From an uncultured virus (IMG/VR IMGVR_UViG_3300027541_000721) (Duplodnaviria; Heunggongvirae; Uroviricota; Caudoviricetes): a DNA stretch of 64,000 nt. The DNA lies in the IMG/VR virus record IMGVR_UViG_3300027541_000721, positions 1-64,000 of that record; one strand, 5' to 3'. The position numbers and the translations under genes were made by a program. Positions within the stretch are counted from its first letter, which is position 1, and the number at the start of each line of letters is the position of its first letter. The notes under the pieces are model-generated. The model was not told where the DNA came from, did not search any database, and worked only from the letters and a program-made list of their open reading frames with translations. Shown here one piece after another: positions 26,603 to 36,009 of this stretch.

Positions 26603-28270
26603 TTATTGTGCATACCATCTCACAGTTATAAATCCTCCATCTGGGACTACAACATCATATAATTGAAATGGATTGATTGAAATATCATTATATTTAGTTA
26701 AATTTGCAACAGATCCAGGAAGACCTTTGTTTGCATTACCTGGACTGCCAGCAGCACCAAGTTTACCATAACTAGCAGTATTTAAATTCCCAGCAGTTCC
26801 AGCTCGACCTGGAGTTCCATAACTACCAGGATTCATATTACCAGGTCTTCCATAAATTCCTGGATTTCCATACCCATCTCTCCCCCCAGAACCATTAGTA
26901 CCTGACTGAGCAGAACCTCCAATCCCATGACCTCCTCCACCTCCTCCACCTCCTCCACCAACAGGGTTCCCTAGTTTATTACCAATTGAAGGACTTCCAC
27001 TACCTTTACCTCCTCCACCTCCTCCACCACCATCAGTTCCATCACCCCCAGGATTTCCCCTACCATTCGATTCTCTACCTCCTGCAAATCCCCCAGCACC
27101 ACCATTTCCAGAATTTCCACCACTTCCACCATTATCACCATTAGCCCATCCCCCAGCAGAACCATTACCCGGACTTCCCCCCGGACCACCTGCTAAAACT
27201 TTACCATGACGACCGGCACCACCACCTCCACCACCAGAACCTCCAGGACCACCCCTCCAATTAGAAGGAGTTCCATCTTCACCTCGATTTCCATTTCCAG
27301 CACTCCCAGGTTCACCTATATTTCCAGCATCTCCACCAAAACCTGCACTCCCTGGACCTCCTGCATTTCCTGCAATTCCACGTTCACCTACAGTTCCAGG
27401 TGTTCCAAAATTTCCAGTTCCAGCTAATCCTCCAGCACCACCTACAAAACTATATCCCAACATTCTAGAAGAAGAACCAATATTTCCAGGTAAACCACTA
27501 GATCCAGATTTACCTGGACTGTTTGCATTTAAATTTCCAGGAAAACCATCAGTACCTGGAAATGAAGTAGCATTAGTATTTAAATTTCCAGGACTACCTA
27601 TACTTCCGTTTCTACCAGGCCCACCACCAAACCCAGAAGATCCATTACCTCCAGGCTGTCCAATATTATTAGCTTGATTGCCAGGTTCACCATTTGCACC
27701 ATTCCCCCCATTTCCACCATCTCCACCAGTACCATATGCTGATATTAATTCATAACCCATAGTACCACTAGCTCCACCTGCACCACCTGGACGATTTCCA
27801 GTACATCCACCATTTCTACCATTTGCACCATTCCCACCTGCACCAGATCTACCATTTTGATTTCCTGCCCCTACAGATTTTTTAGGTCCCCAGGCACCTC
27901 CACCTCCTCCACCTCCACCCCCAGAGGCACCAGTACAACCAGCATTTGCAAACCCAAATCCACCAGCACCTCCACGACCCCCAGTTCCAGGATTTCCAGG
28001 GTCTCCACCTGCCCCAACATTTCCATCACTCCCTTTATTTCCAGCAGGTCCTGCAGGACCTGCTGTACCATCACTTCCTCGATTTCCAGCATCACCAGGT
28101 AATCCAGCAGTTCCATCAGTTCCAGAAGAACCTTTGGCACCTATACCTTCCAAATTTACACGAGTAATTCTAGTTGAAGGTGCCTGCCAAGTAGCAGGTG
28201 CGTAAAAAGTAATTGACCCAGGAGGGGTCATTGTTGCTTTTGTTGCTCTTCTAGTGATTCCAAATGCCAT
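26603..28270 (-). CDS. Collagen-like/polyglycine-rich fibre or adhesin protein
   Basis: Run of 21 consecutive G-X-Y triplets near the N-terminus, further G-X-Y runs and polyGly tracts; short beta-rich N- and C-terminal caps (TF.AP.TW..P / GG.ITVRW). Confidence 0.85.
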   Translation of the reverse strand: MAFGITRRATKATMTPPGSITFYAPATWQAPSTRITRVNLEGIGAKGSSGTDGTAGLPGDAGNRGSDGTAGPAGPAGNKGSDGNVGAGGDPGNPGTGGRGGAGGFGFANAGCTGASGGGGGGGGGAWGPKKSVGAGNQNGRSGAGGNGANGRNGGCTGNRPGGAGGASGTMGYELISAYGTGGDGGNGGNGANGEPGNQANNIGQPGGNGSSGFGGGPGRNGSIGSPGNLNTNATSFPGTDGFPGNLNANSPGKSGSSGLPGNIGSSSRMLGYSFVGGAGGLAGTGNFGTPGTVGERGIAGNAGGPGSAGFGGDAGNIGEPGSAGNGNRGEDGTPSNWRGGPGGSGGGGGGAGRHGKVLAGGPGGSPGNGSAGGWANGDNGGSGGNSGNGGAGGFAGGRESNGRGNPGGDGTDGGGGGGGGKGSGSPSIGNKLGNPVGGGGGGGGGGHGIGGSAQSGTNGSGGRDGYGNPGIYGRPGNMNPGSYGTPGRAGTAGNLNTASYGKLGAAGSPGNANKGLPGSVANLTKYNDISINPFQLYDVVVPDGGFITVRWYAQ

Positions 28271-28277
28271 TTGCTTT

Positions 28278-28880
28278 TTACTCTAGATAAAACCAACCTG
28301 TTACTATATATTTGGATTTATTGCCATGAACTACATTTCCCCTATGTGTATGTGTATATGCAGCAGGGAAAATAACAAGAGAATTTTCTTGTGGGGGTAT
28401 TCTCATTCTTTGATATAAAAGTTCAGTCTCCCCTGCACCATCTTCATCAATATCATTAAGATATAAAATATAAGTTAATGCTCTAGCAGAAGAATCACCA
28501 TTTCCCTGTTCACAATGCCATACATGATATCCACCACCGGGAAGAGTTTTTTGTACTTTAACACTTGTACATTTCATATTTAAATCATTAAGAACATCAT
28601 ATTCTCTCACATAAGAGTCATAACATCTCTGAAGTCCATCAAAAAAAATATCAGTGGCAGAAAATCCATTAAAAGAAGAAAAAGAATGATTCTTAAGATT
28701 TAAAAAGAAAAATTCATCCTGCTTTTTTGTTTTTGTAGTATTTTCACTATCCTGCCTATTTCCACAATATCCACCTTCACGGAATCTTTCGAATTCACAA
28801 ATCATGTGATTGCAAAATCCATCAGGATAAACATCCTTATACATTCCTACAAAATCTTTATAAGTTTCATTCATATTCAT
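28278..28880 (-). CDS. 2OG-Fe(II) oxygenase, prolyl-4-hydroxylase-like
   Basis: GGYHVWHCE (HxE)...YILYLND...GET...IFPA.YTH.HRG...KYI.TGW (distal His, Lys as 2OG ligand). Confidence 0.9.
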   Translation of the reverse strand: MNMNETYKDFVGMYKDVYPDGFCNHMICEFERFREGGYCGNRQDSENTTKTKKQDEFFFLNLKNHSFSSFNGFSATDIFFDGLQRCYDSYVREYDVLNDLNMKCTSVKVQKTLPGGGYHVWHCEQGNGDSSARALTYILYLNDIDEDGAGETELLYQRMRIPPQENSLVIFPAAYTHTHRGNVVHGNKSKYIVTGWFYLE

Positions 28881-28899
28881 GAAAAAATTAATTTAAAAT

Positions 28900-28907
28900 T
28901 ATTTATG
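28900..28907 (-). promoter_or_regulatory. Late promoter CATAAATA for the oxygenase/collagen cassette
   Basis: Overlaps the stop codon of 28903..35643; 19 nt upstream of the ATG at 28880. Confidence 0.6.
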
Positions 28908-31900
28908 AGAAATTATAGAGTGCTATATTACCATACCAAGTTGTACCTTGATTTGGAGTAATGAAAATCCAAATATCAGTTTTTCCTGCATCTTGAGTTC
29001 TAATTGGACTCAAGTTATTTGGGAATTTAACATTACTTGAAGGATTCCAAGAAACAGAATATGGACCACCAGTTCCATTTGTTAAAATTAAAGTGAAACT
29101 GCTGCCAACATTAGGAAGATTAATTGGATTTGTGATTGTAAATGTAGAATTAGCAGTTAAAGTTCCAATGAATACATTTCCATCATTTAGATTAATATTT
29201 CGATTTCCTGCAATATCTCCCATGTTATAAACAGTTTCACCATATTTTTGTAATACAACATCAGTAAGATTTTTACCATTAAATGTAGAATTTGCATTTA
29301 CATTTATTGAAGTAAATTGTGCTGAAGCACGAACAGCCGCACCAATAACTGTACCATCAATATTTCCACCATTGATGTCAACAGTAGCAAGTTGTGCAGT
29401 GCCATCAACAATCAGATTTTGATTAACCGTTACAATTCCACTGATTCTTGCATTGCCAGCAACATTTAAATTCTTAGCAATACCCACACCACCAGAAACA
29501 ACAAGTGCTCCAGTATTTGCATTATTCGATTCAGTAGTTCCAAGAATATTAACTCTAGAAGTAATAGAATTAGAAGCAATATTTACATTATTAGCATTAC
29601 CAAAAGCATTAATTGTAGTAACGTTTGTATTGAGTAAATTGAATATTCCAGTTGAAGTAGATATAAAATTAGATCCACCTAAAGTCAGATCTCCTGAGAT
29701 TAGAGTATTTCCATTTGGATCCACTCTTAATTTAGCATCTACATCAAAATTCTCATTACCATATGGAACTGTTACTAGAGGATTTGCTAACTTCCAGCTA
29801 TATCCATCACTTGTATCAATACCTGCATACCAACGAATATTTGAGTTATTATGAGTGATGTCCCAAGACATTGCAACATCACCAGTTCCACCCTGATTAA
29901 TCTTAAAGTGAGCACCTCTAAGATTCTGACCAGAATTATTTTGATATGATGTTATTGTTCCTGAAGATCCAACTCTAAATTTCTCACTATTGTTGGTAAA
30001 AATACTTACATCAGCAGAATCTACAGTAATTAATCTAAGTGCAGCAGTTCCACGATGTAAAATATCAGAAGTTACATTTCCAATTCCAGCAGATCTTCCA
30101 ATGCGAAGTCCATAATCAGGGAATACTCTAACATCATTATTGAATTCTGCATAAGATGTTTGATTTGTATTACCTACACCAAGTCTCAATACAGATGCTT
30201 CATTAATATATGCAGTTACGACTCCTAAATTAGGTACACTAATATTTCTTGTCGTAGAGATTGAAACATTTCCATCCGCAACTTTGAAATTAGAGTTTAC
30301 AATTACATCACCAGATTTAGATTTGAGAACCAATTCTCTAGTTTTGGTGTCAATAATATGAGATGCTGCAATTCCTACTCTAATTTCATCAAGTTCAATT
30401 GAATCTACAAAAAGATTATTATTAATATAAACATTTCCTGAGAATGTAGATACACCAACTACTTCTAAATGATTGAGTCTAGATATACCTCTCTCATGAA
30501 TCTGAGTATAAGATGTTCCAAGTCCTGTGATTGGATCAATTCCAGTTCCAGTAAATCTTGCAGTTCTATTAACAACAATATCTTCAAATTCAACATCACC
30601 CAAACTTTGAGTTTGATCAAAAACTACTTGTCCAGTTACACGAAGGTTTTGAATTAAAGTATCACCGTTAACACTAAAATTATAATTACCTACGGCAATA
30701 GTCCCTATTCCAAGTTTATCAAATTTAAAGTCTAAAATATCAGGAGTTCTACTAATAGGTCCCCAAGGTCTCCATTCATTTTCCAAATAAATGTGTCCAA
30801 TATAACCATTGGTTGGGTTTGAAATATAAGAAATATCACCAAGAGTTGGATTTGGAATGATTGCAGAAGTTGGAGTAGATAATCCAACAGTAAATAGTTT
30901 TTCTTGAGATGCTGTTCCACGAATATAAAAATTCTTGGTTAAGATTCCATCTTCAGAAAGATTAGTGATCTTTTGAGTAAAGTTTACTGGTCCATAGAAT
31001 TGAGAACTTTGATTATTATTTTCTCCACCTTCTACAGTAATTCTTTCACGAACAAGAATTTCATCAAATACACCACTCAATCTATTGCTATTTTCACCCT
31101 CTGCATCATCACCAGTGTAAGTAAGAATTGGTGCTTCAATTACTTTTTCTTCTCCAGTTGCAGAAATAAGTTTCTTACTTCCTGAGAAAAATTCTCCACT
31201 GTCATTCATACCAGTATAAACTACTGTTCCACCTCTTTGCTCTCTTGCCTGAGATGTTAAAATATCATCCTCATCAAGAATTCTATTTTGTTTTTGTGGT
31301 AAACCAGTAGAATAGTTACCTGGACCATATCCAAGATATTCAAATGTATGTCCAGATGCCCTCATGAATGAAGGTCTACGTAATTCCATAGGAAGAACTT
31401 TAATCTTCTTAATTAAAGATCCTACAGGTGCAGTAGTTTTAACAGTTCCGAATTGTCCACGGAGAATATCAAATTCATTACCATTTGCAGTACTTGCAAG
31501 TCTAACAATTTCAGAGTTTATAGCAATATAATCTCCTCTATAAAATCCATTAGAACTTTGTAGTTGAATAATTGTACTATTTTCTGTTATGCCTTGAGAA
31601 ATAGTTGTGGTTACACCTGCATAGATTGTAGAAGCACGAGATCCTAAATTCTCTTCACCTCTACCAAGATTTTTAGCATTAGCAGATATACCATGCTTAA
31701 ATACAAATCCAGTAGTTGAAGATTTAGTTTCTGTAACGATTCCTACATTAAAGGTAAATGTATTGATTCCAATGTTATCACGGACTACAAATGTACTATT
31801 GTACATCGTATGACCACTGCCAACTATAGAAATTTTATTTCCAGGAAGTAATCCGTGAGGTTGACTTGTAGTTACAGTAACAATTCCCGAAGATACATTA

Positions 31901-34900
31901 GTAAAACTAAATGAAGTTATTCCTACTCCTTTAGATGCCAAATATCCAATAGGAACATCATTATTGCTATTTTCTACATAGGAAGAAATTCCAGTTGGAT
32001 GATAAATTTTAATAGTTTTACTATCAAGAACATCGATAATTTTAAAAGTTCCATTCAATGGAATTGTAGAATAGAATCCAGAAAGATCTAATGCATCATT
32101 TACATTATTATTAATATCCTGAACCGTAACTACAGCATTATTTCCAGCAGATCCTCCTTGAATTTCAAGTCTCTGTCCTACAGTATGAGCAGATCCAACA
32201 TCAACCAATCTCAAAGTTGAAGGATTGATTGCACCAGTTACAGTAGTATTAAATCTACAGGTAGCATCTTCTTCTAAAAGGAATTGATCTATTAGATTTG
32301 CACTATAGATGCTAGAACTAATTGGATATCCTGCACCAGGAGAAACTACAGATAGTGACTTAATTGAATTTAACTTATGTTCTATATCAGTATAAAGGGT
32401 AATTGTAGTATTACCAGTTCCAGAAATAGAAAGTCCAGTAATACCAAATCCAACTCTACTATTTCTAAGTAATTGATTTAATGCTTCACGAGTTGTAGAT
32501 TTCTTCTTATCATCTGTTACAACTCTTCCTAAGATATTTAAATCTGCGTAACTGATCGATGGTAATGGATCTGGTGCATAATTATCTCTATCTGTCTGTG
32601 GATAAAGATTTCTAACATCTTGATTGAAAGTTTTTTCCGATACACCATAACCAACAATTTCTTCAGGTCTTACACTCGAAGACAACATAATAATGTGGTA
32701 AATACCATCTTGACCATCTTCACCTGGAATGTGTCTCTTGACAGTGTTTACACGATAAGCAAAATAATTATCAAGATATGATTCTCTAGATACTAAAGGA
32801 AGATCATCTCTTTGTTGTCTTGTTGTACGAGAATTTATTGCATTTAAGAAGTTTCCTGGATTAGTAGATACCCCAGAAATTCTATATTTAAATGATTTAG
32901 AATCTAATACATCAACAACAGGATAAGATCCATTGAAAGTAGAAACAATTCCTGTTCCTGAAGTATTATTAGTACTCTTAATCTTTTGAACTTTTACAAT
33001 ATCTCCAGGGATAAAGTTATGAGGAACTTCAGTAGTAATGGTAACTACTTGTGAATTATCGACAATACTATCTGCTATTGCATCGATAATAACTTTTTCA
33101 TTTCTCAAATCTACTGGACTCTGAAGGTTAGTGCCTTCATCAATAGTCAAACTAGAAATTCCAACATTCTTAGATTCTTGAAGAACAAATCCTGCCTGAG
33201 GTGGTCTTGCAAAAGTATATTCTTTTGGAATTACATAACGAAGTTTATAAATCTTATCTTCAATTGCTCTATTATCTAATTTTCTCTTAAAATAAGTTGA
33301 AGGACTTTCCAATCCTAATATTTCAGTTCCAAGTCCAACTACTGCACCATAAATTTTATTTTGAGCAGTGAATTGAGAACTTGTAAGATACCAAGATCCC
33401 ACATTTTCATCCCATTGGACTGGATGACCTAGATCTCCAGGGAACTTATCACTTACTGTACTTAAAACAGTAATTCTTCCGCCATTATTTCCAATACCTT
33501 GAATTGGAGTTCTAGATATTGCATCATTTAATGAAAATGCAAGTTGTATTTGATTATCAGATAAGAATCCACCAGTAATTGCATAATAAACTTTATCAAT
33601 TTGAATACCATCAGGTGCTTGACCTGTATCACTAAAAATTCTTACTCGTTCACCATTAAACAACTGATGGTTTTGAGTTAGAGTTAAAATATTTGAAGAT
33701 ATATTATTGAAACCACCAGTTCTTGCAATTGTATATTCTTTTTTCGATGTTACACCTTCTCCACCACCAGGGACTGGCATGTATATTGGAGATTCAAAAG
33801 TTTGAAGATCTGTTCCTTGAGTAACAGTTAAATATAATTTATCTTGTAATTTAGCACCAATTCGATATCCATCAGTCTGAGAAGGTGGTGCAACATCTTT
33901 AGTACTATAACTAGAAATATATAATCTCTTTAAAGTATTTGATGGATTTATAGTTTTATAAGTATCAATTGATAACCAAGTTACTTGGTTTTCATTAGTA
34001 GTAATTTCTTTTGGTGGAATAATATGAGTGATGTATCCAACATCATCCCTATCAAAAGATTCTCTTCTATATCCAACACTTTCTAATGAAATTGCACCAA
34101 AGTTTGAGTTAGAGTTAGTGATGGACATGTCACCACCACTTTCAGTTACAAAGTGCTTTGCAAAACCGATGGCAAAGATAGAGACAGATTGGATAAATCC
34201 ATCATTAGAGGTTTTAATATGGAAATTTTCGTATTCTGGTTTATAAATTGCTCTAGAATTAGTATGTAACGGTCTCTCTGTGCTGTTATTAGGAAGAGTT
34301 AAATTATCATAATAAACACCATCCTCATAAATCAAAAATGCATTATCATCTTTCTGAAGGGAGACTCCCGTGTATTGAGCAACAACCATGGATTTAAATC
34401 CATCTGCTTTACTACCATCTCCATGCATACCACACATACCATAAACTGAACGCAATGAACAGTTAAAGATATATGGAGATGCGGAAGATACTGTATCACT
34501 TTCTACAACAACAGTAGCAGTGTCAAAAGCAGCAGGATCTGGCAATAAATTAGTAGGAGTAGATACTGCACTAAAAGTAAAAGTAGTTAAACCTACAACT
34601 TCTCTTACAACAAATGACCCATTATATGATGCAGGTTCTTCAGTTATGCCAGAGATAAGAACTGGGGTATCAATAAACAATCCATGTGGTTTAGGAGTTC
34701 CTGTTTGAAGATCTGCTGTAGTTACAGTAATAATACTATTATCACCTGTACCGTCACCATTTCCTGCACGAATACTTGAAATGCCTAAGGGATTTGATTG
34801 AAGAGATCCAACAATTCTGTATTCATCTATACTTGGTTCAAAATCATTATTAAGTGGATAATCACCCAAACCTCTTCCAGAGATGTCACCATATGCTCTG

Positions 34901-35643
34901 GCAACTTTATAATAATACATTTGCAGATCTGTAAGATCTGTTTGTTCATATCCAAGACGTGCTTTATTTACTCCATCAGCATATGTAAAAGCTGTAAGTT
35001 TATGGTGAGAAAAATTAGGAACAGAACGATTGTCTGTGTAATCTTTAAATACTGTCTTTGTAGTATCTGCGTCAAAGAATGTAAATGTACTGAAGTAACA
35101 AGTACCAGTTACATTAAAAATACTAGAAAGATCGACATCATCATCATAAGGATTGGGTATATAAAGTGGTCTAATCTTGGTTTTTCTAAGGTCTACACCA
35201 ATAATAGATGTACCACGAGGAAGAATTACTCCACCACTAATAGAATTAAATTTATAAAGATCATTATTGGTATCGAAAATATCAAAATTTGAAGAAAAAG
35301 ATAATGGATCTAAAGTAGTAGTCTGCCAAGTATCTTTACCTACTCTTTTTTTATATACTGCACTACCATTAACATCTTGGATTGAATATCCTGGTCTATT
35401 ATCAATATAATGAGTTGATGGATATACCATAATGGTAGTCCTATCATTTAAATCATTATTCTTACCTTGTTGGTATGAAAATCTTGCTGCTTCAATTAAT
35501 GCTCTTTGAATTGAAACAAATGGTCTTACAAGACTATCTCCACGATTCTCTATGCTGTCTGTAGCATCAAAATTGTTAGGATCGACATATAGTATATTCC
35601 CTTCAGGATTACGAAGGAAGTTGTCTAAACGAGATAAAGGCAT
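28903..35643 (-). CDS. Giant cyanomyophage virion structural protein (2246 aa)
   Basis: MPLSRLDNFL....GNILYV.P...DATDSI.N.G....RPF..IQRAL.EAAR N-terminus; repeated T...HG/HN...GD.V.I.G beta modules; fibre-like C-terminus. Confidence 0.85.
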   Translation of the reverse strand: MPLSRLDNFLRNPEGNILYVDPNNFDATDSIENRGDSLVRPFVSIQRALIEAARFSYQQGKNNDLNDRTTIMVYPSTHYIDNRPGYSIQDVNGSAVYKKRVGKDTWQTTTLDPLSFSSNFDIFDTNNDLYKFNSISGGVILPRGTSIIGVDLRKTKIRPLYIPNPYDDDVDLSSIFNVTGTCYFSTFTFFDADTTKTVFKDYTDNRSVPNFSHHKLTAFTYADGVNKARLGYEQTDLTDLQMYYYKVARAYGDISGRGLGDYPLNNDFEPSIDEYRIVGSLQSNPLGISSIRAGNGDGTGDNSIITVTTADLQTGTPKPHGLFIDTPVLISGITEEPASYNGSFVVREVVGLTTFTFSAVSTPTNLLPDPAAFDTATVVVESDTVSSASPYIFNCSLRSVYGMCGMHGDGSKADGFKSMVVAQYTGVSLQKDDNAFLIYEDGVYYDNLTLPNNSTERPLHTNSRAIYKPEYENFHIKTSNDGFIQSVSIFAIGFAKHFVTESGGDMSITNSNSNFGAISLESVGYRRESFDRDDVGYITHIIPPKEITTNENQVTWLSIDTYKTINPSNTLKRLYISSYSTKDVAPPSQTDGYRIGAKLQDKLYLTVTQGTDLQTFESPIYMPVPGGGEGVTSKKEYTIARTGGFNNISSNILTLTQNHQLFNGERVRIFSDTGQAPDGIQIDKVYYAITGGFLSDNQIQLAFSLNDAISRTPIQGIGNNGGRITVLSTVSDKFPGDLGHPVQWDENVGSWYLTSSQFTAQNKIYGAVVGLGTEILGLESPSTYFKRKLDNRAIEDKIYKLRYVIPKEYTFARPPQAGFVLQESKNVGISSLTIDEGTNLQSPVDLRNEKVIIDAIADSIVDNSQVVTITTEVPHNFIPGDIVKVQKIKSTNNTSGTGIVSTFNGSYPVVDVLDSKSFKYRISGVSTNPGNFLNAINSRTTRQQRDDLPLVSRESYLDNYFAYRVNTVKRHIPGEDGQDGIYHIIMLSSSVRPEEIVGYGVSEKTFNQDVRNLYPQTDRDNYAPDPLPSISYADLNILGRVVTDDKKKSTTREALNQLLRNSRVGFGITGLSISGTGNTTITLYTDIEHKLNSIKSLSVVSPGAGYPISSSIYSANLIDQFLLEEDATCRFNTTVTGAINPSTLRLVDVGSAHTVGQRLEIQGGSAGNNAVVTVQDINNNVNDALDLSGFYSTIPLNGTFKIIDVLDSKTIKIYHPTGISSYVENSNNDVPIGYLASKGVGITSFSFTNVSSGIVTVTTSQPHGLLPGNKISIVGSGHTMYNSTFVVRDNIGINTFTFNVGIVTETKSSTTGFVFKHGISANAKNLGRGEENLGSRASTIYAGVTTTISQGITENSTIIQLQSSNGFYRGDYIAINSEIVRLASTANGNEFDILRGQFGTVKTTAPVGSLIKKIKVLPMELRRPSFMRASGHTFEYLGYGPGNYSTGLPQKQNRILDEDDILTSQAREQRGGTVVYTGMNDSGEFFSGSKKLISATGEEKVIEAPILTYTGDDAEGENSNRLSGVFDEILVRERITVEGGENNNQSSQFYGPVNFTQKITNLSEDGILTKNFYIRGTASQEKLFTVGLSTPTSAIIPNPTLGDISYISNPTNGYIGHIYLENEWRPWGPISRTPDILDFKFDKLGIGTIAVGNYNFSVNGDTLIQNLRVTGQVVFDQTQSLGDVEFEDIVVNRTARFTGTGIDPITGLGTSYTQIHERGISRLNHLEVVGVSTFSGNVYINNNLFVDSIELDEIRVGIAASHIIDTKTRELVLKSKSGDVIVNSNFKVADGNVSISTTRNISVPNLGVVTAYINEASVLRLGVGNTNQTSYAEFNNDVRVFPDYGLRIGRSAGIGNVTSDILHRGTAALRLITVDSADVSIFTNNSEKFRVGSSGTITSYQNNSGQNLRGAHFKINQGGTGDVAMSWDITHNNSNIRWYAGIDTSDGYSWKLANPLVTVPYGNENFDVDAKLRVDPNGNTLISGDLTLGGSNFISTSTGIFNLLNTNVTTINAFGNANNVNIASNSITSRVNILGTTESNNANTGALVVSGGVGIAKNLNVAGNARISGIVTVNQNLIVDGTAQLATVDINGGNIDGTVIGAAVRASAQFTSINVNANSTFNGKNLTDVVLQKYGETVYNMGDIAGNRNINLNDGNVFIGTLTANSTFTITNPINLPNVGSSFTLILTNGTGGPYSVSWNPSSNVKFPNNLSPIRTQDAGKTDIWIFITPNQGTTWYGNIALYNFS

Positions 35644-35674
35644 TTTATCAGAACTACTTACATTTCCTATGTTC

Positions 35675-35681
35675 TATTTAG
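35675..35681 (-). promoter_or_regulatory. Late promoter CTAAATA for the 2246-aa gene
   Basis: Lies just downstream of a terminator, 31 nt before the ATG. Confidence 0.6.
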
Positions 35682-35692
35682 GAGTTCTATAT

Positions 35693-35718
35693 ACAACAAA
35701 ACCTCCAATAAGGAGGTT
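35693..35718 (-). terminator. Intrinsic terminator
   Basis: AACCTCC-TTATT-GGAGGTT followed by TTGTTGT. Confidence 0.7.
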
Positions 35719-35762
35719 CTGAAGTCACACTTTTCGGGTCACTGTAGGAATTCCTCCCACCG
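35693..35762 (-). ncRNA. Candidate ~70-nt small RNA
   Basis: Bounded by a consensus sigma70 promoter and an intrinsic terminator; 5' hairpin GUGGGA/UCCUAC; only tiny GUG-started ORFs. Confidence 0.55.
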
Positions 35763-35767
35763 AATAA

Positions 35768-35796
35768 ATTGTAAATTAAAATGTATTAACTGTCAA
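35768..35796 (-). promoter_or_regulatory. Sigma70-type promoter
   Basis: TTGACA (35796-35791), 17 nt, TACAAT (35773-35768). Confidence 0.8.
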
Positions 35797-35953
35797 GTTC
35801 TCCTCGCAGTTCAGCAAGTTTTGCTGTAGCAAGACATTCAACACATGTCCAATAGGTTTCACCACTAATAGGAAAATTATTATCCGTAAAGTGTGCTGCA
35901 ATATCTTCCTGAAGCTCTCTAAGGTCTTGAAGTGTGTCTCGCTCAATGTACAT
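35786..35953 (-). CDS. Small early hypothetical protein, 55 aa (MYIERDTLQDLRELQEDIAAHFTDNNFPISGETYWTCVECLATAKLAELRGELDS)
   Basis: Hand-translated; directly downstream of a consensus promoter, with AGGA SD. Confidence 0.75.
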   Translation of the reverse strand: MYIERDTLQDLRELQEDIAAHFTDNNFPISGETYWTCVECLATAKLAELRGELDS

Positions 35954-35980
35954 AATTAAGTTTTTTCATCCTACAGATTC

Positions 35981-36009
35981 ATTGTAGCAATATTCGAGTA
36001 TCCTGTCAA
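35981..36009 (-). promoter_or_regulatory. Strong sigma70-type early promoter with extended -10
   Basis: TTGACA (36009-36004), 17 nt ending TGC, TACAAT (35986-35981); the -35 overlaps the TGA of 36006..39050. Confidence 0.85.

Noticed and set aside
35693..35762. tRNA or known riboswitch
   Set aside because: No cloverleaf, T-loop GTTCRA or CCA end. The downstream gene has its own late promoter after the terminator, so a cis-acting riboswitch role is not needed, although it is not excluded.
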